From Bdellovibrionales bacterium (GTDB taxonomy: Bacteria > Bdellovibrionota > Bdellovibrionia > Bdellovibrionales > UBA1609), in assembly GCA_965247685.1 (NCBI GenBank), contig OZ252021.1:1201-65200 (forward strand): a stretch of 64,000 nucleotides of DNA, in the 5' to 3' direction. The stretch's first letter is position 1. Every line of letters begins with the position of its first letter. This document shows, one piece after another, positions 10,423 to 20,666 of the stretch. The notes under the pieces are model-generated. The model had not been told where the DNA came from, made no database searches, and was given only the letters and a program-made list of their open reading frames with translations. The position numbers were made by a program, and so were the translations under genes.

Positions 10423-11112
10423 TTATTTCAACTTTCTAATTTCAGAAAGTCTTTTTTGATAATTTTTAACAAAAGGACTATTTGGATCATCTTCAATCAT
10501 TTTCAACATCATTTGCTCAGCTACATTAATGCGCCCCGATTCCGAATAGAGCTTAGCAGAAAGACTATAGAGCCAATAAGGACCTCCTTGTTTTGCTGCA
10601 GTCAAAAGAAGGTCTGCGGCTATCGAAGGTTGATTCAACTCCAAAAGATAGTGATGACCAGCATGAAAAAAAACATCCCAGTCGTTTGGAAACTGCTTGA
10701 CCGCTTTATCTAAAATAAGACGAGCCCCTTCCTTATCACCCATAATAATCCCCATTATCACACTAGAGGTGATGTAAGGACGCTTGAATCGTGGAGCTAA
10801 TTCAGTGATAGCATTGGCCATATGGTACGACCAACCTTTATGACAGCTGAATCTAGTTTTACCATCGTACACGGGAAGGCCGTACTCATAACCACAGAAA
10901 TCTGAATTTTGAATATATCGAACCCATAACAAGTCGGCATAAATATCATTATATCCAAAAGTAAAGTACTTAATCACTTCTGGAGGAGAAAAATAATAAG
11001 GTTTTCTGTAGGATAAAAATCGGGTTTCACCAAAAAAGAAGATGCCCACAATAGAAACCACAAAAAATAGTGAAGACACTAAAGAAGATAGAACGGCCTT
11101 TTTGTCTTTCAT
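10423..11112 (-). CDS. Membrane-anchored hypothetical protein with a helical-repeat C-terminus
   Basis: One N-terminal TM helix (LVSSLFFVVSIVGIFFF) and a TPR-like helical C-terminal half. No family recognised. Confidence 0.6.
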   Translation of the reverse strand: MKDKKAVLSSLVSSLFFVVSIVGIFFFGETRFLSYRKPYYFSPPEVIKYFTFGYNDIYADLLWVRYIQNSDFCGYEYGLPVYDGKTRFSCHKGWSYHMANAITELAPRFKRPYITSSVIMGIIMGDKEGARLILDKAVKQFPNDWDVFFHAGHHYLLELNQPSIAADLLLTAAKQGGPYWLYSLSAKLYSESGRINVAEQMMLKMIEDDPNSPFVKNYQKRLSEIRKLK

Positions 11113-11240
11113 TTCATCTCCTTCTAACTGTTTCTGTAATTCTACATTAATTTTTAAGATAAAAAAATACTCTTTTTAAAAAATAAATTGACTCATAGTT
11201 TAATAAGATTTTAAACACAATATCAGAAAAAGGTTGAATT

Positions 11241-12587
11241 ATGGTACTCAATTCTAATCCGCAGTCTTCGGAAAATATTTCGATTACAAAGCGTATTCAA
11301 AAATCTAGGTCAAAAAAATCTGCTATTCAAGGGTTTATTTCTTGGTCTTCTCAAAACACATTTCAGCAGCAAGAAGTTCAATCTATGGTGAGTATCGGGC
11401 GTGATTCTGGACAAATGGTCATATTGGATGATCCTTTTACATCGCGCAGACATACTCGAATTGAAAAAAAAGAACAGGCAAGCATCACTTCTTTCATACT
11501 AAAAGATATGTCCAGCCGAAACGGGACATTCCTTAATGGAAATAGAATTTTTCAAGCTGTATTAAAAGATGGCGATCGAATCCTCATTGGTCAAACAGAG
11601 TTTATTTTCTCCTCCCAAAGGTTTAATCAGAATTGGGAGATTTTCCACCGCAGTCTGAATCCCAAATGGAATCAGCAGCTATCTCGAATTCCATCACTGG
11701 CTCGAACAGAATTTCCTATCCTCATTCAAGGACCTACGGGGGCTGGCAAGGAGCATGTCGCTCACATGATTCATCAAAATTCTCAAAGAAGCTCTGGCCC
11801 TTATATAAGTGTCAATTGTAGTGCTTTATCTGAAAACTTAGCAGAAAGTGAATTTTTTGGACATATTAAAGGCTCCTATACCGGTGCTAGCAGTGATCGA
11901 AAAGGGGCTTTCTTAACCGCTCATGGAGGAACTCTTTTCTTAGATGAAATTGGAGATCTTCCTTTGAATTTACAGCCTAAATTACTACGAGCTTTAGAGC
12001 ATAAGGAAATTAAACCTGTTGGATCTGACCAAACGATTCGAGTGGATGTGCGTGTTGTTTCTGCCACTCATCAAAATTTACAAAAAAAAGTACTTCAAAA
12101 AGAATTTCGTGAGGACCTTTATTTTCGATTAAGAGTTTTAGAAGTAAAGACTCCTCACTTAAAAGATCGTATGGAAGACTTTGATGCTTTATTGGAGTAT
12201 TTTTCTGTTCAACTGGGCGTTCATTTTTCCAAGGAAGCAAAAAATTACTTAAAAAACTACAGTTGGCCTGGAAACATTCGTGAACTCAAAAATACAGTTT
12301 CTAGAGCTCAGGCTTTTTATTCTCAATCGATTATCACAACATCCCACATTGAAGAAATACTGGATCCTCTGCATGAAGAAGAAATTACACAAACTCCTTC
12401 CATCCCTTACTCTCCTTCTTTACTCAAACAGATAGAAAAAGAAGCTATTTTACGAGTACTTAAAGAAAATAATGGCAATAAAAAGAAAACTGCAGATCAA
12501 TTAAGTATGCCTCGTACCACTTTAACTCAAAAATTAAAAAACTATGGCGTTTTTACAAGATCTCCAAAAGAATTTATCAACAAATGA
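11241..12587 (+). CDS. Sigma-54-dependent transcriptional activator with an N-terminal FHA domain
   Basis: FHA signature (IGRDSGQMVILDDPFTSRRHTRI...SSRNGTFLNGNRI). AAA+ module with Walker A GPTGAGKE, the GAFTGA variant GHIKGSYTGA, and GGTLFLDEIGDLPL. C-terminal Fis-type HTH (KKKTADQLSMPRTTLTQKLK). Confidence 0.9.
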   Translation: MVLNSNPQSSENISITKRIQKSRSKKSAIQGFISWSSQNTFQQQEVQSMVSIGRDSGQMVILDDPFTSRRHTRIEKKEQASITSFILKDMSSRNGTFLNGNRIFQAVLKDGDRILIGQTEFIFSSQRFNQNWEIFHRSLNPKWNQQLSRIPSLARTEFPILIQGPTGAGKEHVAHMIHQNSQRSSGPYISVNCSALSENLAESEFFGHIKGSYTGASSDRKGAFLTAHGGTLFLDEIGDLPLNLQPKLLRALEHKEIKPVGSDQTIRVDVRVVSATHQNLQKKVLQKEFREDLYFRLRVLEVKTPHLKDRMEDFDALLEYFSVQLGVHFSKEAKNYLKNYSWPGNIRELKNTVSRAQAFYSQSIITTSHIEEILDPLHEEEITQTPSIPYSPSLLKQIEKEAILRVLKENNGNKKKTADQLSMPRTTLTQKLKNYGVFTRSPKEFINK

Positions 12588-13678
12588 AATTTCTCATAAT
12601 TCTCTCTTTTTTTCTTTGTTTGTCACCCTCCGTTTATGCTGAAGTCACTTGGTTTTTATCTGAAAAAGAAAGCACTCATAAACTCGCTTTAGTTCCCTCT
12701 TACCGCAGGTCTGAAACTTTAGGCTCTGTAGTCAGTGGACGAATCTTTGTATACCCCACTCAAGAAAGTGGGCTTTACACTTCATTCAGTGCGGACTGGG
12801 GATTTGGAAAAAAAAATTATGGCTTTAAACAAAGCACTATTTACTGGACTCCATCTCAAAATGAGTGGGGATTTTCTGGTGAATGGAATCGGACTTTTGA
12901 CTCCTATTACAAAGAGACATCAACAACTCGACTGGAAGTTCCTATCCGCCAAAGATGGCTCAAAGCTTATTATCTAGATAGTGGTATCTTAAAAAAGATT
13001 CATCCTCAGATTCAAACTGGAATCTCTGTTGAAATTCAAAGTAGAAAAGAAGATGCTGTTCAGCCTTGTATTTTTATTCAAGAGAATACACAAAAACTAA
13101 AAACCCCCTGCCAAGCTTACAATCCGGTAGAACTGGGAGGCACTGTAGGCTGGATTTTACGAATCGACACCCGAGATAACTCCTTTGATCCTTCTGTTGG
13201 TTATCTTTTACAAACGGATTTTCAAATAGGAAAAGAAATAGAAGCTAAAAATTTAATATTCTTTCAAGCAGAAGGTCAAATGCAGTTTATCTTCTCTTTA
13301 TTTCAAAAAGAAAGATGGTTTGTTAAAATAGCTTCGGCTTGGACTTTTTACAACGGTAATTACTCTCACGAACTTCCCTACTCTTTTCAATATAAACTGG
13401 GAGGAATAAATCAACTCAGAGGTTACCTCAAAGATAGATGGCATTCTGATAAATATTATCTCATGCAATTTGAATTTCGTTATCCTATTTCAAAATGGAT
13501 CCAACCTTTGTTGTTTGCAGATATTGGACACGTAGATGTGAATAAAACCCCTCTTTTCACATACGGAGGAGGAATTCGCATTGGATTACCCCCTTCTTAT
13601 AAACAAAAAATTAGAGTGGAATACGGTCGAGGAAAAGATCAATCCAACTTCATCATTTCTTTTGCACGACCCTACTAA
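12584..13678 (+). CDS. Omp85/D15 (bacterial surface antigen) family outer-membrane beta-barrel without POTRA domains
   Basis: Signal peptide (LSPSVYA/EV). The C-terminal pattern LGGINQLRGY...FEFRYP...FADIGHV...YGGGIRIGLP...IRVEYGRG is typical of the D15 barrel. At 364 aa there is no room for POTRA repeats. It has an ATGA overlap with the activator gene. Confidence 0.75.
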   Translation: MKFLIILSFFLCLSPSVYAEVTWFLSEKESTHKLALVPSYRRSETLGSVVSGRIFVYPTQESGLYTSFSADWGFGKKNYGFKQSTIYWTPSQNEWGFSGEWNRTFDSYYKETSTTRLEVPIRQRWLKAYYLDSGILKKIHPQIQTGISVEIQSRKEDAVQPCIFIQENTQKLKTPCQAYNPVELGGTVGWILRIDTRDNSFDPSVGYLLQTDFQIGKEIEAKNLIFFQAEGQMQFIFSLFQKERWFVKIASAWTFYNGNYSHELPYSFQYKLGGINQLRGYLKDRWHSDKYYLMQFEFRYPISKWIQPLLFADIGHVDVNKTPLFTYGGGIRIGLPPSYKQKIRVEYGRGKDQSNFIISFARPY

Positions 13679-13883
13679 TTTCCACAAATCATAATGTAAA
13701 ATAAAATATCTTGAATCGTTATCCAAACTTCCTCGCCTTCCTCAAAGCTAAAAATATATCTATCTGTTCTGTTTATTTCCTTTATAAAACTCAAAATAAA
13801 TCAAATTTATTTTGAATTGTTCAAAAAATGATTCTTTCATTTACTTTTATATCAAATCCGTGTATCACTCATGTTAAGGGAAA

Positions 13884-15524
13884 ATGAAAAACACTAAATA
13901 TATTTTTGTCACAGGCGGCGTGGCCTCTTCTATTGGAAAAGGACTCACCTCAGCAAGTATTGGAGCTTTGCTTGAAGCTCGAGGTATTTCCATTAATATT
14001 ATCAAATGCGATCCTTATTTGAATGTGGATCCAGGAACTCTATCTCCTTTTCAACATGGAGAAGTATATGTCACTCAAGATGGAGCTGAAACCGATCTGG
14101 ATCTGGGACATTATGAAAGGTTCACTCAAGTTCCTTTAAGAAAATCTAATAGCATCACCACAGGCCAAATATATGAAAGTGTCATTTCGAAGGAAAGAAA
14201 AGGAGATTACTTAGGACACACTGTACAGGTGATTCCTCATATCACAGATGAAATTAAATCTCACATACTCAACATGGGAAAAGACTGCGAAGTCGTGATT
14301 GTAGAAATTGGAGGTACTGTCGGCGACATAGAAGGCTTACCTTTTATCGAAACTATTCGCCAAATGCGGACTGATCTCGGCGTAGAAAATACTGTCTTCA
14401 TTCATGTAACTCTCGTTCCTTTTATTGATGTTGTGGGAGAATTTAAAAGCAAGCCAACTCAACACTCTGTAAAAGCATTAAGAGAAGCTGGTATTCATCC
14501 CGACTTTCTGATTTGCCGCAGTCAAAATAAAATGGAAGAATCTCTTAAATCTAAAATTTCTCTGTTCTGTAGTGTTCCTGTTCAAGAAATTATCTACACT
14601 CCTAATGTGAGTGTCATTTACGAGCTTCCTTTGATGCTTCGAAGGGAAAAGTTAGATGATCAAATTGTTCAAAAACTCCATCTTAAAACAGAAGCTCCTA
14701 ATATGAGCGGTTGGGAAAAAATTGTCAAAACTTATCACTCACCTCAAAAAACAATATCAATTGGTCTTGTAGGAAAATATGTGGAGCTGAAAGACAGCTA
14801 TCAATCTTTGCACGAAGCTCTGACTCACGGAGGTATCGCCAACCAAACTCAAGTCAAGATCGAGTATATTGACTCCGAATATATTAATAAAGAAAATGCT
14901 CAAACTGTCCTGAAAGACTTAGATGGTATTTTAGTACCGGGTGGTTTTGGTTCAAGGGGTGTCGAAGGTAAAATAGAGACCATTCAATATGCGAGGGAAA
15001 ACAATATCCCTTTCCTTGGTATTTGCTTTGGAATGCAGATTGCAGCTATTGAGTTTGCTTTGAATGTTTGCGGACTTAAAAATGCATCTTCTAGAGAATT
15101 TAAAACAGCATCAGAGGAACTGATTATTGAATCGATGGAAAATCAAATAGGAATTAATAAAAAAGGGGCAACAATGAGACTTGGATCTTACCCTTGCAAC
15201 ATTCGAAAAGGCACTCGTGCCCATCAGATTTATCAGGTGGATCAAATTTTTGAAAGACATCGTCATCGATTTGAGTTGAATAACAAGTACCGCCCTCTTC
15301 TGGAACAAAATGGAATGACCTTATCTGGAATCAATACGCAGGATAATCTAGTGGAGATGCTTGAGATTTCAAATCACCCTTGGTTTTTAGCTGTGCAGTT
15401 TCACCCTGAGTTCCAATCTAAACCTCTGAGCCCGCACCCACTTTTTACAAGTTACATTGCAGCCACAACAAAACCAAAAGAAGCCAAAAAATCCACAACT
15501 CCTAATCTGGAAGCAACCAATTAA
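13884..15524 (+). CDS. pyrG: CTP synthase
   Basis: KYIFVTGGVASSIGKG N-terminus and a glutaminase domain with GICFGMQ and HRHRFE. Length is 546 aa. Confidence 0.97.
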   Translation: MKNTKYIFVTGGVASSIGKGLTSASIGALLEARGISINIIKCDPYLNVDPGTLSPFQHGEVYVTQDGAETDLDLGHYERFTQVPLRKSNSITTGQIYESVISKERKGDYLGHTVQVIPHITDEIKSHILNMGKDCEVVIVEIGGTVGDIEGLPFIETIRQMRTDLGVENTVFIHVTLVPFIDVVGEFKSKPTQHSVKALREAGIHPDFLICRSQNKMEESLKSKISLFCSVPVQEIIYTPNVSVIYELPLMLRREKLDDQIVQKLHLKTEAPNMSGWEKIVKTYHSPQKTISIGLVGKYVELKDSYQSLHEALTHGGIANQTQVKIEYIDSEYINKENAQTVLKDLDGILVPGGFGSRGVEGKIETIQYARENNIPFLGICFGMQIAAIEFALNVCGLKNASSREFKTASEELIIESMENQIGINKKGATMRLGSYPCNIRKGTRAHQIYQVDQIFERHRHRFELNNKYRPLLEQNGMTLSGINTQDNLVEMLEISNHPWFLAVQFHPEFQSKPLSPHPLFTSYIAATTKPKEAKKSTTPNLEATN

Positions 15525-15585
15525 TTCTGATTTTATTTTCATCTTGTAATGGTAAGCTTCACCAAAGTGAGGGCTGAATCAGAAT
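15524..15585. terminator. Possible bidirectional terminator structure between convergent pyrG and cca
   Basis: The 9-bp inverted repeat ATTCTGATT (15524-15532) / AATCAGAAT (15577-15585) encloses an imperfect inner hairpin CTTCAC-caaa-GTGAGG. The loop is long and there is no clean T-run. Confidence 0.2.
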
Positions 15586-15628
15586 TTCAAGCGAGAATTG
15601 CACAAAAAACTTTAGCCTTTATAAAAAA

Positions 15629-16858
15629 TTAAAGTTTTTGTAAAAGTTCCTTCTTAGAAGAAACAAGACCTTCTAATTGATCATCATAAAGTTTTTCTAA
15701 TATCTCTGAAAAATGAGGACCTTTTGTTATACCTTTTTGAATCAAATCATGCCCCCCCACCCATGGCTTCGGAAGTTTTTCGTTCTGAAGTAAACTTTGA
15801 TAATTCTTCTGAAGCTTTTTCCAATCACTGAGTGTTTCTTTTTGATCCGAAATAATATGACGAGCCAATTCCAAATACCACGAAGCTTGATTATGAGCCA
15901 GCCACCTTAGTTTTTTACCTTGACGCACTTTTTTTTGAGTCATATCTGAAAAGAAAACAAAAAACTCAAAAACTTCTCGATATTGATGATTTGAAAAACG
16001 AATTAAAGAATCTTTCATCATAGATTTTAAAAGTTGAGAATCTTTCAAACCTATAGGAGCCAAAAGCAAGCTCCACCAAAAATTCAAAGGCTTATTGGAA
16101 GAATCTGAAATATTCCAAAATAAATGATCATATACACTAAAATTTCTAAATAAAATCTCTAACAACTTCATTTTCTCAAAGTAATAAATAGTAGTTTTAA
16201 ATTTTCCATGAATAAAAGTTTTATTCAATTCATCTAAAATCCTTTCTTGAGATATTTTTTTAAGTTGTGGAGTCCATTTTTTTACAGCGTCAAAAGTTTT
16301 TTCTTCCATAGAAAAATCAAAGGTGACAGCAAAACGAATAGCTCTTAAAATTCTTAAGTGATCTTCTTCAAACCTTTGATCAGAATCTCCCACCGTACGA
16401 ATGATCTTATTTTTTAAATCTTTCAAACCTTGAACTTCATCGATCACTTGATGAGTTTGAGTGTCATAATAAAGAGCATTCACAGTAAAATCTCTTCTTT
16501 GAACATCCTGCTCCAGAGTACAAAACTCTACCGAAGAAGGATGTCTGCCATCTTGATAAAGACCTTCTTTTCTAAAAGTGGCAATTTCTACTCCTTTCCC
16601 ATCTTTAAAAGGAATCCAAATCACACCAAAAGACTGGCCCACAGCATGAGCATAAGGAAAGAGCTTTAACAACTGATGTGGCAAAGCTGAAGAAGCAATA
16701 TCAAAATCCTTAGGAGAGAGCCCTAACAAAGCATCACGAACAGCACCTCCAACTAAAACAGTCTGATAGCCTGCCTTTTGGCATTTTTCAAGAATGGAAT
16801 AAACCTGATTCCAGTGAGGATTCTTCTGAAATATTTTTTCTAGTTGTTCATTCATCAT
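15629..16858 (-). CDS. cca: CCA-adding tRNA nucleotidyltransferase / poly(A) polymerase family protein
   Basis: LVGGAVRDALLGLSPKDFDIAS nucleotidyltransferase head and the RRDFTVNALYYD motif. Length is 409 aa. Confidence 0.85.
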   Translation of the reverse strand: MMNEQLEKIFQKNPHWNQVYSILEKCQKAGYQTVLVGGAVRDALLGLSPKDFDIASSALPHQLLKLFPYAHAVGQSFGVIWIPFKDGKGVEIATFRKEGLYQDGRHPSSVEFCTLEQDVQRRDFTVNALYYDTQTHQVIDEVQGLKDLKNKIIRTVGDSDQRFEEDHLRILRAIRFAVTFDFSMEEKTFDAVKKWTPQLKKISQERILDELNKTFIHGKFKTTIYYFEKMKLLEILFRNFSVYDHLFWNISDSSNKPLNFWWSLLLAPIGLKDSQLLKSMMKDSLIRFSNHQYREVFEFFVFFSDMTQKKVRQGKKLRWLAHNQASWYLELARHIISDQKETLSDWKKLQKNYQSLLQNEKLPKPWVGGHDLIQKGITKGPHFSEILEKLYDDQLEGLVSSKKELLQKL

Positions 16859-16919
16859 TAATACTATAAAAAATAAAAGATGCTGAGGTCAGCTATTTTT
16901 ACATCATAAGGAGTTTATT

Positions 16920-17501
16920 ATGGCTATTTCACTACCCCCTCTTCCCTATTCCACAAAAGCTTTGACTCCTCATATATCCGAAAAGACATTAGAATTTCAC
17001 TATGGAAAACACCACAAAGGTTATGTCGATAAGCTGAATGCTCAAATTGAAGGACAAGCCTTAGATAAAGCGAGTCTCAAAGAGATTGTTCTCAACAGCC
17101 AAAGTGGTTTATTCAACTTGAGTGCTCAAGCTTGGAATCATGAGTTTTATTGGAATAGCCTTTGCGCTCCAAGTCAAAGCTCTCTTCCTAACGAATTAAA
17201 GAGTGCTTTGGAGAAAAATTTTGGCTCTGTTGATGAATTCAAATCTCAATTCACTCGTGAGTCTTTGAGTCACTTCGGATCGGGTTGGTCTTGGCTTATT
17301 CGAGAAAATTCTGGAGCTTTAAAAGTCATCTCAACTCATGATGCAGACACTCCTATTGCTCATAACATGACTCCATTACTGACTTGTGATGTATGGGAGC
17401 ATGCTTATTATCTGGATTATCAAAACAACCGAGGAAAATATCTTGAAAGTTTTTGGAGTATTGTGAACTGGGAATTTGCTCATAAAAATTACTCGTCATA
17501 A
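16920..17501 (+). CDS. sodB: Fe/Mn-family superoxide dismutase (Fe-SOD-like)
   Basis: LPPLPYSTKALTPHISEKTLEFHYGKHH and DVWEHAYYLDYQNNR. An AAGGAG ribosome-binding site lies upstream. Confidence 0.95.
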   Translation: MAISLPPLPYSTKALTPHISEKTLEFHYGKHHKGYVDKLNAQIEGQALDKASLKEIVLNSQSGLFNLSAQAWNHEFYWNSLCAPSQSSLPNELKSALEKNFGSVDEFKSQFTRESLSHFGSGWSWLIRENSGALKVISTHDADTPIAHNMTPLLTCDVWEHAYYLDYQNNRGKYLESFWSIVNWEFAHKNYSS

Positions 17502-17551
17502 CATACAATTTTTTATTTAATACTCTAAGATATTATTGGTGGATTGAAGGT

Positions 17552-18787
17552 ATGAGTGCACAAACCCTAAGAGGAATGAAAGATCATTGGCCTGCCCAAA
17601 GTGACTCTTATCGTTTAATAGAAAAAACAGCTCGAAAAATACTTCATCAATTTAATTATCAAGAAATTTCCACTCCTTTACTTGAAAGTATTGAAGTTTT
17701 TCAAAAAACTTTAGGCACAGATCTTTTAGATAAAGAACTTTATCAATTTGAAGATAAAGGAGGCTCTGCTATTGCATTAAGACCTGAAGGAACGGCTGGA
17801 GTTGTTCGAGCTTTGATTAATGAAAAAAGCTTAATACTTCCTCTTCGATTGTTTTACTTAGGTCCTATGTTTCGCTATGAGCGTCCACAAAAAGGAAGAC
17901 TCAGACAATTCCATCAAATCGGATGCGAATTTTTTGGAGAATCCTCACCATATGCCGAGCTCGAACTGATTCAAATAGCTGTGAATTTTCTTAAAGAACT
18001 TCAAATACTTCCTCAAACTCAATTGATTGTTAATAGCATTGGAGATGAAGAAAGCCGCCATCAGTATAGAGAAAAACTCTTAAAATACCTAGATCCTTAC
18101 AAAAAAGATTTAAGTGCAGAAAGCCAAGTGCGTCTTATTAAAAATCCACTTCGTATTTTGGATTCCAAATCTGAACAAGATAAAAAAATATTAAAAAAAG
18201 CTCCTCGCCCTTTAGATTCACTCAGTTCTTCATCTCGAGCTTTTTATGATGAAGTTTTAAACCTTCTCACTCAACATAACATTTCTTTTCAACAAAAAGA
18301 TTTTCTAGTTCGAGGTTTGGATTATTATTCACATACTGTATTTGAATTTATAAGCTCAAGCCTTGGAGCTCAAGATACTGTGCTGGCTGGAGGAAGATAC
18401 GACGCTCTCGTTCAAACTATGGGCGGCACACCCTGCCCTGCTATCGGATGGGCTTGCGGTGTAGAAAGATTATCTCTTCTTTGTCCTATTCCATCCCGAT
18501 CTCAGACTTTAGTTTCGATACTGACCACAGACTCCTCTTTGGAAAAAGAAAAAATGACACTCGCTCAAAAACTTCGTGAAAACAGTATTGCCGTCTCACT
18601 TTCCTATAATTTGGATCAAGCCTTGAAAAAGCAATTAAAAAAAGCTCATCAACAAGGGTATTCTCATGTGTTGATATTAGGACTCAACGAGTGGAAAGAG
18701 AATCAAGTGATTCTAAAAAATATGAAAACAGGAGAACAAGAACTCCATTCCAAAAATCTTGAAACCATTATTCCTCTTCTTCGATGA
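17552..18787 (+). CDS. hisS: Histidyl-tRNA synthetase
   Basis: RGMKD, ALRPEGTAGVVRA, FRYERPQKGRLRQFHQ and GGRYD motifs. Confidence 0.95.
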   Translation: MSAQTLRGMKDHWPAQSDSYRLIEKTARKILHQFNYQEISTPLLESIEVFQKTLGTDLLDKELYQFEDKGGSAIALRPEGTAGVVRALINEKSLILPLRLFYLGPMFRYERPQKGRLRQFHQIGCEFFGESSPYAELELIQIAVNFLKELQILPQTQLIVNSIGDEESRHQYREKLLKYLDPYKKDLSAESQVRLIKNPLRILDSKSEQDKKILKKAPRPLDSLSSSSRAFYDEVLNLLTQHNISFQQKDFLVRGLDYYSHTVFEFISSSLGAQDTVLAGGRYDALVQTMGGTPCPAIGWACGVERLSLLCPIPSRSQTLVSILTTDSSLEKEKMTLAQKLRENSIAVSLSYNLDQALKKQLKKAHQQGYSHVLILGLNEWKENQVILKNMKTGEQELHSKNLETIIPLLR

Positions 18788-18798
18788 GGATTGAATCA

Positions 18799-19350
18799 TT
18801 AAGAGTATTCTTTGATTTGAATAACAGCAAAATTAATTTCTCTAACTCCAGCCTCTGTCAAAGTGTACATAATTTTCTTAATACTTAAAAAATCAATATC
18901 TTCATCGGCCTGTAAAGTTAACTTTTCGTAGGGAAAAATACGTGACACTCCTTCTCTTTTGGTCACCACCACATCATTTTTTGTCTCTTTCTTCAAAATT
19001 TCAATTTCTTGATTCACTCGATCTCTTAATTTTTCAATCATCCAATCTTTATCTCTTTGCACTTCAGAAAAAGTAGCCATTTTTTGACCATTAAAAAGCA
19101 CGGCATCTTTAGAGAAAATGACCACCAAAGAAGGGACGAGTTGTGCTGTACTTGTCGCCTGAGGAAGATCCACTTGATTTGAAATAGGTAAGATCTGATT
19201 CGTAGAAGCATAGTTTTGTAAAAGAAAGACTACTAAAACTGTGAACATATCCACCATCGCTGTTAACTGAAGAACAGCCACCACTTCCCTTTTTGAAGCA
19301 TGTGCTCTTTTATTTCTACGATCTCGGAATCCAGGAACATGAATGGGCAT
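18799..19350 (-). CDS. ExbD/TolR-family proton-channel subunit (AglS/AglQ-like position), long form
   Basis: Basic N-terminus followed by the TM segment LQLTAMVDMFTVLVVFLL typical of ExbD/TolR. It is the last gene of the Glt-like block. Confidence 0.8.
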   Translation of the reverse strand: MPIHVPGFRDRRNKRAHASKREVVAVLQLTAMVDMFTVLVVFLLQNYASTNQILPISNQVDLPQATSTAQLVPSLVVIFSKDAVLFNGQKMATFSEVQRDKDWMIEKLRDRVNQEIEILKKETKNDVVVTKREGVSRIFPYEKLTLQADEDIDFLSIKKIMYTLTEAGVREINFAVIQIKEYS

Positions 19351-19826
19351 TACATCACCTCTCCTGTTGCAATAGTAATTCCCGAAAACCCTTGGGCTAA
19401 AAGGACATCCATTGCCTTAATTAAATTTTTGTAAAGCATTTGATCTTCTGCCGTCACCACCACATCTATTTTTTGAGGATAGCTCTTTTTAATTTTCTTC
19501 AAACTCTTTTGAAGGGCTCTATGGTCATACTCCCCTCTTCGAGAAATAGGAATAAGTTCAATCTGCGATCCCAACACCACTTTATAACCACGAGAAAGCA
19601 CATCTATTCGAAACGGAATTTCTGCAAGAGGAGTGACAACAGCAGGAGGTGTATCATCTACTTTTTGAGCATAAACACTGCTACCTAATTGAATCATTGA
19701 AACCTGAGTCCAAACTGCAGTGATAAGCAGGAAGATAATACACACACTCATCAGGTCAATAAATGGAACTAAGTTAAGATCCACAACACCCGATCTTTTA
19801 CCAGTATTCTCTTCAGTATAAGTCAT
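19350..19826 (-). CDS. ExbD/TolR-family proton-channel subunit (AglQ/AglS-like position)
   Basis: DLNLVPFIDLMSVCIIFLL TM motif and 158 aa. It has a 1-nt overlap with the downstream exbD-like gene. Confidence 0.85.
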   Translation of the reverse strand: MTYTEENTGKRSGVVDLNLVPFIDLMSVCIIFLLITAVWTQVSMIQLGSSVYAQKVDDTPPAVVTPLAEIPFRIDVLSRGYKVVLGSQIELIPISRRGEYDHRALQKSLKKIKKSYPQKIDVVVTAEDQMLYKNLIKAMDVLLAQGFSGITIATGEVM

Positions 19827-19866
19827 GTATCACCTTTTAAAAAATCTTAACTAAACTTTTATAGCT

Positions 19867-20550
19867 TTAAGATTTTTTCAAAGCTTTATCTCGGTTTGAA
19901 ACCACATGATTCATCAAATTCATCGTACTTTCCAACATATCATTAATAGCCCGACTAATTTGAATTTGAAAGAACCCATAAGCCACGATAGCTATAATTG
20001 CAACAAACAAACCAAAAGCTGTACAGTTTAAAGCTTCCGAAATCCCTTTAGAAAGTAAAGCCGCCTTAGTTGCAGCATCTGATTCAGCCACACCACCGAA
20101 AGCTCGAATCAAACCTATAATGGTACCTAACAAACCCACCAAGACACTCACATTGCCAAAGACTGCCAGCAGTGAAGTCCACCCTTCTAAACGAGGAGTT
20201 TCCCGAAGTACAGAAGCATCCATAGCGACCTGCACTTCTTCATCCGGTCTCTTGTTCATCACTTGAACTAAACCTGCTTTCATTGTGTTGGTTAAAGGAG
20301 CGGGGGTTGCATCACAAAAGGCAATGGCCTGTTGTATTTGACCCTGTAACACCATTCCAAAAATGGAACTACTTGCAGATGCTTTATCTATAGAGAATTT
20401 TCTTAGATTAAAAAGCCGTTCTAAAATAAGCACAAACACAAGGATACCGACAGCAGCAATGAAGTACATCGCCAAACCGCCTTCGCAAAAAGCTTTAGCA
20501 AAAAAGTTGCTATAGTTAACACATTCTAAACCTTTAGCTAATTCGTCCAC
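19867..20550 (-). CDS. MotA/TolQ/ExbB-family proton channel (AglR-like position)
   Basis: Three-TM layout with the C-terminal motif GLLGTIIGLIRAF...ISEALNCTAFGLFVAIIA. GTG start with AAGGAGG upstream. Confidence 0.9.
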   Translation of the reverse strand: MDELAKGLECVNYSNFFAKAFCEGGLAMYFIAAVGILVFVLILERLFNLRKFSIDKASASSSIFGMVLQGQIQQAIAFCDATPAPLTNTMKAGLVQVMNKRPDEEVQVAMDASVLRETPRLEGWTSLLAVFGNVSVLVGLLGTIIGLIRAFGGVAESDAATKAALLSKGISEALNCTAFGLFVAIIAIVAYGFFQIQISRAINDMLESTMNLMNHVVSNRDKALKKS

Positions 20551-20666
20551 AAAGACACCTCCTTAATTTAAGCGTATTCCAATGAATACTCTTTTATTTC
20601 AACAAAATTTGAATAGAATACCAACACTTTTTTTTGTTCTCCTTTTATGTGTCTAAAAAATATCCA

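Noticed and set aside
16882-16893. GCTGAGGTCAGC near-palindrome in the 61-bp divergent region between cca and sodB, considered as a possible Fur/PerR-type site.
   Set aside because: It does not resemble the Fur box consensus as I know it, and it is too short to distinguish from chance.
20574-20589. GTATTC-caat-GAATAC palindrome, plus a nearby TTCAA-N6-TTGAA, between the FHA/TonB-like gene and the TolQ gene.
   Set aside because: It could be a small operator or an RNA hairpin, but the stem is only 6 bp, the context is AT-rich, and no flanking T-run or known motif matches. The evidence is insufficient.
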